From: a virus
Lineage: Duplodnaviria; Caudoviricetes
DNA: 64,000 nt
Strand: one strand, 5' to 3'
IMG/VR virus record: IMGVR_UViG_3300001528_000580
Coordinates: 320,001 to 384,000 of that record
The translations under genes were made by a program, and so were the position numbers. The notes beneath the pieces are model-generated. The model was not told the origin of the DNA, did no database searches, and saw only the letters and a program-made list of their open reading frames with translations. Positions 9,520 through 17,951 of this stretch are shown in pieces (the first letter of the stretch is position 1; each line of letters opens with the position of its first letter).

Positions 9520-9546
9520 GTATCCTATCCAATTGATCTATGAATA
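9512..9546 (-). pseudogene. Possible 5'-half tRNA remnant (Arg-like D-loop)
   Basis: ATATTCA-TA-GATC-AATTGGATA-GGAT-A-CTTGA-CT; stops at the anticodon loop; no 3' half found. Confidence 0.4.
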
Positions 9547-9550
9547 TATT

Positions 9551-9626
9551 TGGCATCTCCAACGGGGAACGATCCCGTATTTGTAACTTGAAAGGCTACT
9601 GTCCTAACCAATTAGACGATGGAGAC
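9551..9626 (-). tRNA. tRNA-Glu (TTC)
   Basis: GTAGC-CTTTCAA-GTTAC arm; T-loop ATCGTTC; GCCA end. Confidence 0.9.
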
Positions 9627-9663
9627 AAATTAAAACCAATTAACAAAAATACTAATAAAATCT

Positions 9664-9739
9664 TGGCAGGGCGCACAGGACTCGAACCTGCATCTTACGG
9701 TTTTGGAGACCGCTGACTTACCAATTAGACCAACGCCCT
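9664..9739 (-). tRNA. tRNA-Trp (CCA)
   Basis: AGGGCG..GCGGT-CTCCAAA-ACCGT..GCCA. Confidence 0.94.
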
Positions 9740-9751
9740 ATCACTAATTCT

Positions 9752-9770
9752 TATTCAATTTTCAAATAAC
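9752..9770 (-). promoter_or_regulatory. boxA-like antitermination element
   Basis: GTTATTTGAAAATTGAATA resembles the rRNA-operon boxA form GTTCTTTGAAAACTGAA. Confidence 0.55.
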
Positions 9771-9795
9771 ACGATAATATTAAATTTATCTAAAT

Positions 9796-9871
9796 TGGTG
9801 GCGGAGGTCGGTAACGATCCGACTACACATGGATTTTCAGTCCATTGCTCTACCATTTGAGCTACTCCACC
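9796..9871 (-). tRNA. tRNA-Phe (GAA)
   Basis: ATGGA-CTGAAAA-TCCAT arm; T-loop ATCGTTA; ACCA end. Confidence 0.93.
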
Positions 9872-9873
9872 AT

Positions 9874-9910
9874 AAAACAAAAGGAGCGGATTTTTTATTA
9901 TCCGCTCCCT
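9874..9910 (-). terminator. Attenuator terminator immediately 5' of first tRNA
   Basis: GGAGCGGAT-8 nt loop-ATCCGCTCC then TTTTGTTTT, ending 2 nt before tRNA-Phe. Confidence 0.88.
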
Positions 9911-9940
9911 ACACTTTTATAACTAAATTTATAATATCAG

Positions 9941-10039
9941 TTATGAATATAAATGACGTGCATGAGCAGACAAACGGCGTTTAAACCATTCACCACAAAT
10001 CTCAAATTTTTCACAAATCATTTTACGCATAACTAACAT
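9941..10039 (-). CDS. Putative leader peptide of the tRNA operon (32 aa)
   Basis: GAGG RBS; MLVMRKMICEKFEICGEWFKRRLSAHARHLYS*; its 3' part can pair with the terminator 5' arm. Confidence 0.8.
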   Translation of the reverse strand: MLVMRKMICEKFEICGEWFKRRLSAHARHLYS

Positions 10040-10072
10040 TTTAAAACCTCTTATTTTTCTTTCAATAACTAT

Positions 10073-10100
10073 AATATAACACTATTTTTTTATAATTCAA
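10073..10100 (-). promoter_or_regulatory. Promoter of leader/tRNA operon
   Basis: TTGAAT-N13-TGT-TATATT. Confidence 0.75.
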
Positions 10101-10114
10101 GTCTTTTTTCAAAT

Positions 10115-10228
10115 AAAATTGAGAAAATTTTAATGTAGCCTCAAATTTTCTCTAACGATATTACTACCGAACATTTTGAAGGAATGCCACATCCTTCGAG
10201 GTAATGTTAAGACCCCACAATTTCTTTC
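10115..10228 (-). ncRNA. Candidate small structured RNA with its own promoter
   Basis: GC-enriched; nested stems AACATT/AATGTT and GAAGGA/TCCTTC; outer TGTGG..TCTTAA/TTGAGG.CTACA; 3' GAGAAAATTT/AAATTTTCTC hairpin. Confidence 0.45.
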
Positions 10229-10237
10229 AATAACTAT

Positions 10238-10265
10238 AATATAACATAAAAAAATATTTTTTCAA
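10238..10265 (-). promoter_or_regulatory. Promoter upstream of candidate ncRNA
   Basis: TTGAAA-N13-TGT-TATATT. Confidence 0.7.
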
Positions 10266-10295
10266 GTGCTATTTACATAAAAATATAAAAAAATA

Positions 10296-11030
10296 TTAAA
10301 AAAGTTCTTGTTGAATAGATAAATTATCCAAAATATCTTTAGCAAGGCTAAAAAAATCTTTATTTATTTCACAACCAATAAAATTCCTATTATTATTTAA
10401 TGATGCAACACCAGTACTACCACTACCCATGAATGGATCAAAAATAGTATCGTTTTCCTTTGTATGCAATTTAATAAAATCACTTAATAATGCAACAGGT
10501 TTTTGTGTAGGATGAATTCTCTCTTTTTTAGATGGAGAAGAATATCTTTTTGTTTTTAATTTTAAACTATAATCTGCTTCATTATTAAATGTAGAACCAC
10601 TTCCATGAACATAAACAATAAATTCTAGATCTGAAACATATTTACCAAAACAAAATGGAATAGGATTCAATTTACTCCACACCAATAATGTTGTAGGAAT
10701 ATTTAAATTCTCAAAAAAACTCATAGTTTTTGATACTTGATTATTTGAACAAAATATCAAAAAATTTGGAATATCACATAGTTTTAACATATTGGAAAAA
10801 CATTTTTCATAATCAAAACCATCACATATAAAATCAATATGTTTATCTTTAACTAACTTCCTTGTTCCAAAATCATTATTTTTTGTTCCACCATGAATGT
10901 CCATTTCATAAGGTGGATCAGTTATAATACAATCTACTTTTACGCCTCGATAAATCATATCATCCATTATTTTAAAACAATCATCATTATATATTGTATA
11001 ATCTGTCATAATTACTTTATTTATCTCCAT
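10296..11030 (-). CDS. N6A/N4C DNA methyltransferase (beta class)
   Basis: ITDPPY ... HPTQKP ... DPFMGSGSTG. Confidence 0.95.
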   Translation of the reverse strand: MEINKVIMTDYTIYNDDCFKIMDDMIYRGVKVDCIITDPPYEMDIHGGTKNNDFGTRKLVKDKHIDFICDGFDYEKCFSNMLKLCDIPNFLIFCSNNQVSKTMSFFENLNIPTTLLVWSKLNPIPFCFGKYVSDLEFIVYVHGSGSTFNNEADYSLKLKTKRYSSPSKKERIHPTQKPVALLSDFIKLHTKENDTIFDPFMGSGSTGVASLNNNRNFIGCEINKDFFSLAKDILDNLSIQQELF

Positions 11031-11341
11031 TTTCTAGAATGTTGTTCAAAACAATTCTTAGTTGATAAAACTCCTTTTAAATCTACTTTTTGAAATACAG
11101 TTTTTCCACAATCGTATTTATATTCAATAGTATAATCATCAATAATTATTGTTTCTATTTTTCCATTTTGACAATGACAACAATTTATCTCTATAAAGCT
11201 ATCAAACTTTTTGCTTTTCCATAATGTTATAAAAAATAATATTTTAACATAAAAAAACTTTATTTTTTCTTTAAAATTCAATTTTTTATAAGAACGACTT
11301 GCATTACTAATATCACATTTATTATTAATGATTACATTCAT
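11021..11341 (-). CDS. Hypothetical protein
   Basis: AGGAGA RBS, co-oriented, Cys-rich. Confidence 0.7.
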   Translation of the reverse strand: MNVIINNKCDISNASRSYKKLNFKEKIKFFYVKILFFITLWKSKKFDSFIEINCCHCQNGKIETIIIDDYTIEYKYDCGKTVFQKVDLKGVLSTKNCFEQHSRKWR

Positions 11342-11355
11342 ATATTCTCCTTATG

Positions 11356-11739
11356 TTATGATTCGGAAATGAATAACAAATCAATATTGTTATATTTTAA
11401 TTTCATATTTTTAATATCATTATATAATTCTTTCAATTTATTATAATCAAAATTTATTAAATTGACTTTATATTCATTATATATTTTACCATATAGTTGA
11501 TTCATCTTTGAATATTCAAAAAATTCACAATCAACATCACTATATTTATTTTGATTTTCATATATTATCATCAATACCACACCATATAAAAATTTGGTAA
11601 TATTATATTTATCTGAATCATTTAATTCGTGTTCTTCAACATACATATATGTTGTTTCATTTTCATCATATTCTGGTTGAGCTTTATAATCATCCCAAAT
11701 ATTAACTGTTATTTCATTATAATCATCAATTTTTTTCAT
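11356..11739 (-). CDS. Hypothetical protein
   Basis: AAGGAG RBS, co-oriented. Confidence 0.75.
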   Translation of the reverse strand: MKKIDDYNEITVNIWDDYKAQPEYDENETTYMYVEEHELNDSDKYNITKFLYGVVLMIIYENQNKYSDVDCEFFEYSKMNQLYGKIYNEYKVNLINFDYNKLKELYNDIKNMKLKYNNIDLLFISES

Positions 11740-11752
11740 TATTAAACTCCTT

Positions 11753-12520
11753 TTAAAATAATTCTCCTTGAACGATATGATTATTTAATCTATTTGCAAT
11801 GATGTCACAATACTTTTCTTCTTTTTCTATTAAGACACATCTTCTATTAGTATTCATACATGCAATTCCAGTTGTACCGCTACCAGCACAAAAATCTAAT
11901 ATTAAATCTCCTTCGTTTGTATAAGTCTTGATTAAATATTCTAATAAAGCAACTGGTTTTTGGGTAGGATGCAATCCTATTTCTGTATTAAATTTTTGCC
12001 ATGATGAAGGGACTCTCAATTCAGTTAGTTTATTATCTTTTCTTTCATCAAATTTTCTATAATTTTCGGTTTCTGTAATAAAATCACACTTATATTTAGA
12101 CCTTAATTTACCATTTTCTGATCTTTCTTGCATTTGTTTATTATATGTCCATTTCCCATTACTAAAAAATAATATTTGCTCGTGTTCTTTCATTGGTTCT
12201 CTAACTGTATTAGCAAAATTACTACCTCTATTTTTTATCCATATCCATTCATGTTTAAACATTTTAGGATTACTCATAACTAATGCAGAAGAAAATGGTT
12301 GAGAACCATGTAATAAAATAGAAGCATTATCTTTCATAATTGGCAATAAAGCACTCCACATTTCATTAAATGGTATTATAGCATCCCATTTACAACTAGT
12401 AGTTCCATACGGTGGATCTGTTATACAAGCATCAAAAGTAACATTAAGTTTAGGCATAATTTCTAAACAATCACCATAATATAATTTAACTAATTTATTT
12501 TCAAAATATTTATTATTCAT
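11753..12520 (-). CDS. N6A/N4C DNA methyltransferase (beta class)
   Basis: ITDPPYGTT..HPTQKP..DFCAGSGTTG. Confidence 0.95.
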   Translation of the reverse strand: MNNKYFENKLVKLYYGDCLEIMPKLNVTFDACITDPPYGTTSCKWDAIIPFNEMWSALLPIMKDNASILLHGSQPFSSALVMSNPKMFKHEWIWIKNRGSNFANTVREPMKEHEQILFFSNGKWTYNKQMQERSENGKLRSKYKCDFITETENYRKFDERKDNKLTELRVPSSWQKFNTEIGLHPTQKPVALLEYLIKTYTNEGDLILDFCAGSGTTGIACMNTNRRCVLIEKEEKYCDIIANRLNNHIVQGELF

Positions 12521-12521
12521 T

Positions 12522-13274
12522 TCAAATTATATAGCTTCCTAGTCTATTTTTTATGATTTCACAATATTTTTCTTCCTTTTCTATCAAAACACATTTTCTT
12601 GATGTATTAATACAAGCCATACCAGTACTACCGCTACCTGCAAACGAATCCAAAACCAGATCATTATTATTAGTTGATACATTTATTAAAAACTCTATTA
12701 ATTTAACACTTTTTTCATTGGGATGAATAGCATTAGATGCACGTTTTTCTGTTGCATATGAAACTTCTGTTTTAATAAAATTAGGATATTCATAAGTATA
12801 TTCATTTGGTTTTTTATTTCTTTTGTCATTAAACCATTCTTTAGATGTTTTAAAAAAATCAACATTATTTAACGGCTTTCCTCTTCCTTTTGAAAATACT
12901 AAAATTGGTTGAAATTGGAATCCAAAATTATTTTTTGCCCTTTTTGCTCCATTATTAAACGATCTTGTTGCAATAATGTTTTTATAAGTAAATCCATTTT
13001 CTATACCTGTAAATATCCAATTATGTAATGTCTTTACACCAACAAATAAAAATAAAAAACAATCATCTTTTAAAATATTATACCAACACATAAACCATTT
13101 AGGCATTTCTTCTAGTATATAATCATTTGTATCATTATAAAAATCATTTTTAAATCCTACTCCATATGGAGGATCAGTTATAATACAATCAAATTTTTTA
13201 TCAAAATTATACATTATACTTATACAATCATCGTTATATAATTCTATATTTTTATTACTAAAAACACAATTCAA
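12522..13274 (-). CDS. N6A/N4C DNA methyltransferase (beta class)
   Basis: ITDPPY..HPNEK..DSFAGSGSTG; TTG start with AAGGAG RBS. Confidence 0.94.
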   Translation of the reverse strand: MNCVFSNKNIELYNDDCISIMYNFDKKFDCIITDPPYGVGFKNDFYNDTNDYILEEMPKWFMCWYNILKDDCFLFLFVGVKTLHNWIFTGIENGFTYKNIIATRSFNNGAKRAKNNFGFQFQPILVFSKGRGKPLNNVDFFKTSKEWFNDKRNKKPNEYTYEYPNFIKTEVSYATEKRASNAIHPNEKSVKLIEFLINVSTNNNDLVLDSFAGSGSTGMACINTSRKCVLIEKEEKYCEIIKNRLGSYII

Positions 13275-13339
13275 TTTATAAACTCCTTGTAATTATTTAT
13301 TTTAATAATATAGCATAAAAATACATAAAATCAACATAT

Positions 13340-14368
13340 TTATATTTTTTTTCTAAAGATAAAGATTGGTTCATATTTATATTTATCTTTATGACTTAAA
13401 CTTGACAAACTATATTTCATTATTTTCATTAAATCAAAATTGTTTTTTTGAGCAACATTTAAAAAATCATTTTCTAAGTTATTATAAGAACGTACATTAG
13501 CTATATTAATAGCTAAAATACCTTTAGAATTTAATCCATAATAACAATTTTTTAATGTTTTACTCAAAAATTGTTCTATCCATTCCTCCTTTGAAGAATA
13601 TTTTAAATAAGATTGTGTTAATTCATTGGAATATCTTTCTGTATCAAAATAAGGTGGACTTGTAAAACAAAAATCCAAAGAATTTTTTTCAGGTATAAAA
13701 TCTTCTGAGCCAACTTTATATAATTCTACTTTAGTATGATATAAAGGAAATAAATAATCATCTTGATTATATCTACAATCTTCTGATATTTTTTGTAAAC
13801 CATTGAATGTTTGAGTACATGGTTCTGTTCCAATATATTTTTTTACTTCTGATTTTATTGCACCAAGTAATCTACCACCATATCCACAAGACATATCCCA
13901 AACAACTTTATCTTTAGCAAATAATTTATATATCAATCCGGCGGCAGTTGGTCTAAAATTAGAAACACTCTGTACACCAGAAAATATTTTTAACATTTTT
14001 CTAATACCATTATCAGATATATTATCTCCAAACTTTATTCTTTTATCTATAACCTGTCTAAAGGTATTATCATCAAGAAAAGCCTCTAGTGGTGTTTTAA
14101 AGCCGTTACAGTTGACATTATAAGCATGTGGCATATAAGACCAACACAAAGCTAAACCATGCATGGCTTGCCCTATTTCATCGTTATTCAACAATGTATA
14201 ATCATCAAATGACATGAATTTATCAAATTCATTTTTTCTCCATTGTTCATCTGTTGGGAAATATGGAAATCCATGTTTTCTATAATATTTAAAAACATTT
14301 TCTTTATAATTTTCTAATTCTTCGTCAGAAAATTTATTCCATTGATTTTTATTTAAAAAAATATTCAT
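13340..14368 (-). CDS. DNA methyltransferase with SPPY motif (probably N4-cytosine)
   Basis: SAM motif WDMSCGYGGRLLG precedes catalytic FTSPPYF. Confidence 0.88.
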   Translation of the reverse strand: MNIFLNKNQWNKFSDEELENYKENVFKYYRKHGFPYFPTDEQWRKNEFDKFMSFDDYTLLNNDEIGQAMHGLALCWSYMPHAYNVNCNGFKTPLEAFLDDNTFRQVIDKRIKFGDNISDNGIRKMLKIFSGVQSVSNFRPTAAGLIYKLFAKDKVVWDMSCGYGGRLLGAIKSEVKKYIGTEPCTQTFNGLQKISEDCRYNQDDYLFPLYHTKVELYKVGSEDFIPEKNSLDFCFTSPPYFDTERYSNELTQSYLKYSSKEEWIEQFLSKTLKNCYYGLNSKGILAINIANVRSYNNLENDFLNVAQKNNFDLMKIMKYSLSSLSHKDKYKYEPIFIFRKKI

Positions 14369-14372
14369 AAAA

Positions 14373-15095
14373 TTATTTATTTTTATTTAATCTATCAGTA
14401 ATAATATTGCAATATTTTTCTTCTTTTTCGATAAGAATACAATTTCTATTAGTATTCATACAAGCAACACCTGTCGTTCCACTACCTGCGCAACTGTCTA
14501 AAATTAAATCTCCTTCATTAGAACCTAACATAATTATTCTTTCTAATAATCTTACTGGTTTTTGAGTAGAATGATCAACTTTTTCTTTACTATTATGGGG
14601 TAATGCAGGTATATCTGTCCAAACATCAGAAAGTGAAACTCCATTCTTTAAAATTCCACTTTTATACTCTTTTCTATTAGAATTAATTTGAATTTTTATA
14701 TTATTAAATGTTGAATTATTTCCTTTAGAATAAAAACAAATAGGTTCATATCCACTACTAAGTGCCATCCCTCTTGTATTGTTGAATGCTCTTTTTCTAG
14801 CCCAAATAATAATTCTTTTTTCAATAAAATATTTGTCAAGAATACAAGCAATCTTTCTATTATATTGTCTACCTGTAAACAAAAAAATATTTTTATTTGG
14901 CTTTAAGATTCTTTCATATTCAATAACATTACTTTCAATCCATTTTAAATATTCAACTTCATTATCCCAAAAATTGTCCCATTTATCTTTCACAACATTA
15001 CAATATGGTAAATCAACAATTATACAATCAATACATTCATTATCTAATGATTTAAGAACATTGAGACAGTCATCATTATAAATTTCAAAATTCAT
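14373..15095 (-). CDS. N6A/N4C DNA methyltransferase (beta class, DLPY)
   Basis: IVDLPY..HSTQKP..DSCAGSGTTG. Confidence 0.93.
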   Translation of the reverse strand: MNFEIYNDDCLNVLKSLDNECIDCIIVDLPYCNVVKDKWDNFWDNEVEYLKWIESNVIEYERILKPNKNIFLFTGRQYNRKIACILDKYFIEKRIIIWARKRAFNNTRGMALSSGYEPICFYSKGNNSTFNNIKIQINSNRKEYKSGILKNGVSLSDVWTDIPALPHNSKEKVDHSTQKPVRLLERIIMLGSNEGDLILDSCAGSGTTGVACMNTNRNCILIEKEEKYCNIITDRLNKNK

Positions 15096-15153
15096 TATTA
15101 TATTACTCCATTAATTTTAACTTATAATATAACATATATTTTGAAAAAATCAA

Positions 15154-15861
15154 CTAAATATTAATAAATCTGTTTTTTATTATTTCACAATAATTTTCAT
15201 CTTGTTCAATTAATATGCATTTTCTTCCTAACTTCATACAAGCAATCCCTGTTGTGCCACTTCCTGCAAATAAATCTAAAACAGTATCACCTTCATTTGT
15301 AAAAATATTAATAATTCTTTCTAATAATTGAACAGGTTTTTGGGTAGGGTGTTGAACTCTTTCAGGAGACCACGGAACAATCGGAGATATATCTTGCCAA
15401 ACATTTGTTAATTTTCTGAACTCACAACCATTTTTTCTACCAATAGTTCCACCTGTTTTTTTCTTTATATTAGATAGTATTGGATTAAAAATATAATTAT
15501 CACCTTTGGAAAACCATAAAATATCTTCTCTTGTAGAAACAAAATTCTTTTTTGCTCCTCTTCCTTTTATTCTATCCCATATAATCCAATTATTAAATTT
15601 ATATCCATTATTCTTAAAACATGAAATAGCATAGTTAACATTACTCCAACCTTGAAAAACTAATAAATTACCATTTTCTTTTAATGATTTATCAAAAATA
15701 GGATAGTATTGATTAATATCAAAATTACTATCCCATTTATTATTTTCAAAATTAATTCCATATGGTGGATCAGTTATAATACAATCTACTTCACTACCTA
15801 CATAATCAATACAATTTCCACAATACAATTTTACATTGTCATTTTCATAATATAATTTCAT
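15154..15861 (-). CDS. N6A/N4C DNA methyltransferase (beta class)
   Basis: ITDPPY..HPTQKP..DLFAGSGTTG. Confidence 0.95.
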   Translation of the reverse strand: MKLYYENDNVKLYCGNCIDYVGSEVDCIITDPPYGINFENNKWDSNFDINQYYPIFDKSLKENGNLLVFQGWSNVNYAISCFKNNGYKFNNWIIWDRIKGRGAKKNFVSTREDILWFSKGDNYIFNPILSNIKKKTGGTIGRKNGCEFRKLTNVWQDISPIVPWSPERVQHPTQKPVQLLERIINIFTNEGDTVLDLFAGSGTTGIACMKLGRKCILIEQDENYCEIIKNRFINI

Positions 15862-15918
15862 ATAAATATTCTCTCTGTTTTAACAAATATGTTTAACAAA
15901 GAAAAATATTAATTTTTA

Positions 15919-16578
15919 TTAAAAATCATATTTTATATTGAGTTTATCACAAATCTTTTTAAATTCATCTATTTTATATTCACTTGATGTTCTCAACATA
16001 TGCATAATAAAATCACCATCTTCATATAAACAATGATCTTTACCTACATGCCTTGCAAAATCACCATGATATGAATTAAACTCTTTACATCTTACTTTAT
16101 TATAATGTTCTTTATATTTTACTTCAAGCATTCTACAAATTGCTTCTTGATCCCAAACACAACTATTTTTACAATCTTCATAAATACTAAAGCAGTCTTT
16201 CAAAAAGTTTCTAGTAATATCATTATTTATAAATAACATCACTCCTGAATTTTCACCTCTTTTTTCATTAAAATCTGCATTTTCGTTTCCAACTGTAATA
16301 CTTTTATTACTAATAAATTTTTCTATTTTAATATCATGATTAGCAAAACATGCATCTGCATCAATGAAGAATATATAGTCATATTCCATATCCAAACATT
16401 TTAATATTAACAATATTTTTGACCATGCTGGATGTTTATCTTTATCTAATGTTTCTGTGCAAACATAAAAATCATATCCATTCTTTTTACAATATTCTTT
16501 ATTTATCAATATGGAATATTTAGCATAATAACTAATATTTTCTGTTGCTAACATTGTAACTAATATTTTACTATTCAT
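15919..16578 (-). CDS. GT-A glycosyltransferase (GT34/MNN10-like)
   Basis: YCKKNGYDF, HPAWSKI, FIDADA (DxD), NSGVML, WDQEA. Confidence 0.88.
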   Translation of the reverse strand: MNSKILVTMLATENISYYAKYSILINKEYCKKNGYDFYVCTETLDKDKHPAWSKILLILKCLDMEYDYIFFIDADACFANHDIKIEKFISNKSITVGNENADFNEKRGENSGVMLFINNDITRNFLKDCFSIYEDCKNSCVWDQEAICRMLEVKYKEHYNKVRCKEFNSYHGDFARHVGKDHCLYEDGDFIMHMLRTSSEYKIDEFKKICDKLNIKYDF

Positions 16579-16593
16579 TTATTACTCCTTTTC

Positions 16594-17154
16594 TTATTCT
16601 ACTTTTTGTAACACAAGCATAATTTGAGCTAAACCACATCCAATTGTTTGATCAAATAAATTGTTTTCATGAAATTTCATTTTTCTTCTATCATAATTTT
16701 CATCTTGAACTTCAATTTTAATCAATTTTGAATTTGGTATTTTATTTGCTAAATCTAATAAATTAATTGATTTTTCACACCAACTTTTTCTTTTAGATAT
16801 TGTAAACGTATGTTTGCTAAGATTACACATCTTACTTGGAAAAAAACCTTGCTCATATAAATCTTCATCAGGAACTATTATTATCATATACCCATCTTTT
16901 TTTAATAATTTCCAAAACTCTAATAAAACAACATATGGGTCATCAAAATGTTGTAAAAAATAAGAAGAATAAACACAATCAAATTTATCTTTAATAAAAT
17001 TTGTTATATTTCTTGCTTTTTTTAAATCATATTCTACTTTAATGAAATTAGGAAATATTTTTTCATCAAAACCACCTATATCTATTCCCTTTCCAAAGAA
17101 CCAAATTAATTCATCATTTCTTAAAATGTTTTTTAACTTTATTCCTTCTTTCAT
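16594..17154 (-). CDS. Class I SAM-dependent methyltransferase (glycan-associated, degenerate)
   Basis: GIDIGG, FDCVYSSYFLQH, LLKKDGYMIIIVPD. Confidence 0.8.
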   Translation of the reverse strand: MKEGIKLKNILRNDELIWFFGKGIDIGGFDEKIFPNFIKVEYDLKKARNITNFIKDKFDCVYSSYFLQHFDDPYVVLLEFWKLLKKDGYMIIIVPDEDLYEQGFFPSKMCNLSKHTFTISKRKSWCEKSINLLDLANKIPNSKLIKIEVQDENYDRRKMKFHENNLFDQTIGCGLAQIMLVLQKVE

Positions 17155-17156
17155 TA

Positions 17157-17951
17157 TTACTTCTCCATATTAGCAATCCATTTATTAAAGATTTCATCAT
17201 TAAATGCATTATTTACATCAAGAGTTAAAACATTATATTTTTTCGTGAAATTATTAAAAGGAGCATAATTTTTTAAAAATAAAACTTTATCTGGATATAA
17301 AGTCATAGCAACATGAATAGGTCCAGAACCTACTCCTACAAATCCTCTACAAGATTTTAGCATTCCTATCAATGTTCCAATATTACCATTAGAATTTCTA
17401 ACATTATTATCTACAAATGAAAATTTCTCATTTCTTCCATTATGATATTTGTGAATAAAATGAGTTTCAATTGGTATCAATCCTTTTTCTTTTATTTTAT
17501 CCCATAATACTTTAGCAAAATTATAATTACAACCAATAGAATCTGGACAACATGTACTATTAAAATGAACTCCAACGAAAGGAGATTTAAACTCTCCTAA
17601 ATTTACATTAAATTCTCTATTAATATCATAATTTATTCCTAATTCTTTAACACAACAAAACTCTGGCTTTGTAAAATGCTTATATCTATCATCAAATTCA
17701 CAACAAGGAAATGATAACTCAAATACATAATCATAATTATTTTCATTACAACTATAATTTCCAAATATATCTTCTTGTCCATTTGTTGTATATAATGTCC
17801 ATTCAATTTTAGGATACATTTCTTTTAATTGTTCAAATATTGGATAAAACATAATAGTATCACCTAATCCATGAATGAATTTTATACAATTATGCTGACC
17901 ATCTTTTAAATATTCTATTAATTTTTTATGTTCAAAATTATTTATTAGCAT
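17157..17951 (-). CDS. GT-B glycosyltransferase (GT9-like)
   Basis: HGLGDTIM, FVGVGSGPIHVA. Confidence 0.8.
   Translation of the reverse strand: MLINNFEHKKLIEYLKDGQHNCIKFIHGLGDTIMFYPIFEQLKEMYPKIEWTLYTTNGQEDIFGNYSCNENNYDYVFELSFPCCEFDDRYKHFTKPEFCCVKELGINYDINREFNVNLGEFKSPFVGVHFNSTCCPDSIGCNYNFAKVLWDKIKEKGLIPIETHFIHKYHNGRNEKFSFVDNNVRNSNGNIGTLIGMLKSCRGFVGVGSGPIHVAMTLYPDKVLFLKNYAPFNNFTKKYNVLTLDVNNAFNDEIFNKWIANMEK

Larger units (their letters stand above)
10056..10246. repeat. 26-bp direct repeat covering the -10/+1 region of two tandem promoters
   Basis: tttctttcaataactataatataaca at 10056-10081 and 10221-10246. Confidence 0.9.

Noticed and set aside
8520-9546. Group I intron-split tRNA around the endonuclease
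   Set aside because: No 3' tRNA half or intron core; the ORF is followed within 12 nt by intact tRNA-Lys.
10296-15861. Complete restriction-modification systems
   Set aside because: The two small intervening ORFs show no recognisable nuclease motifs.
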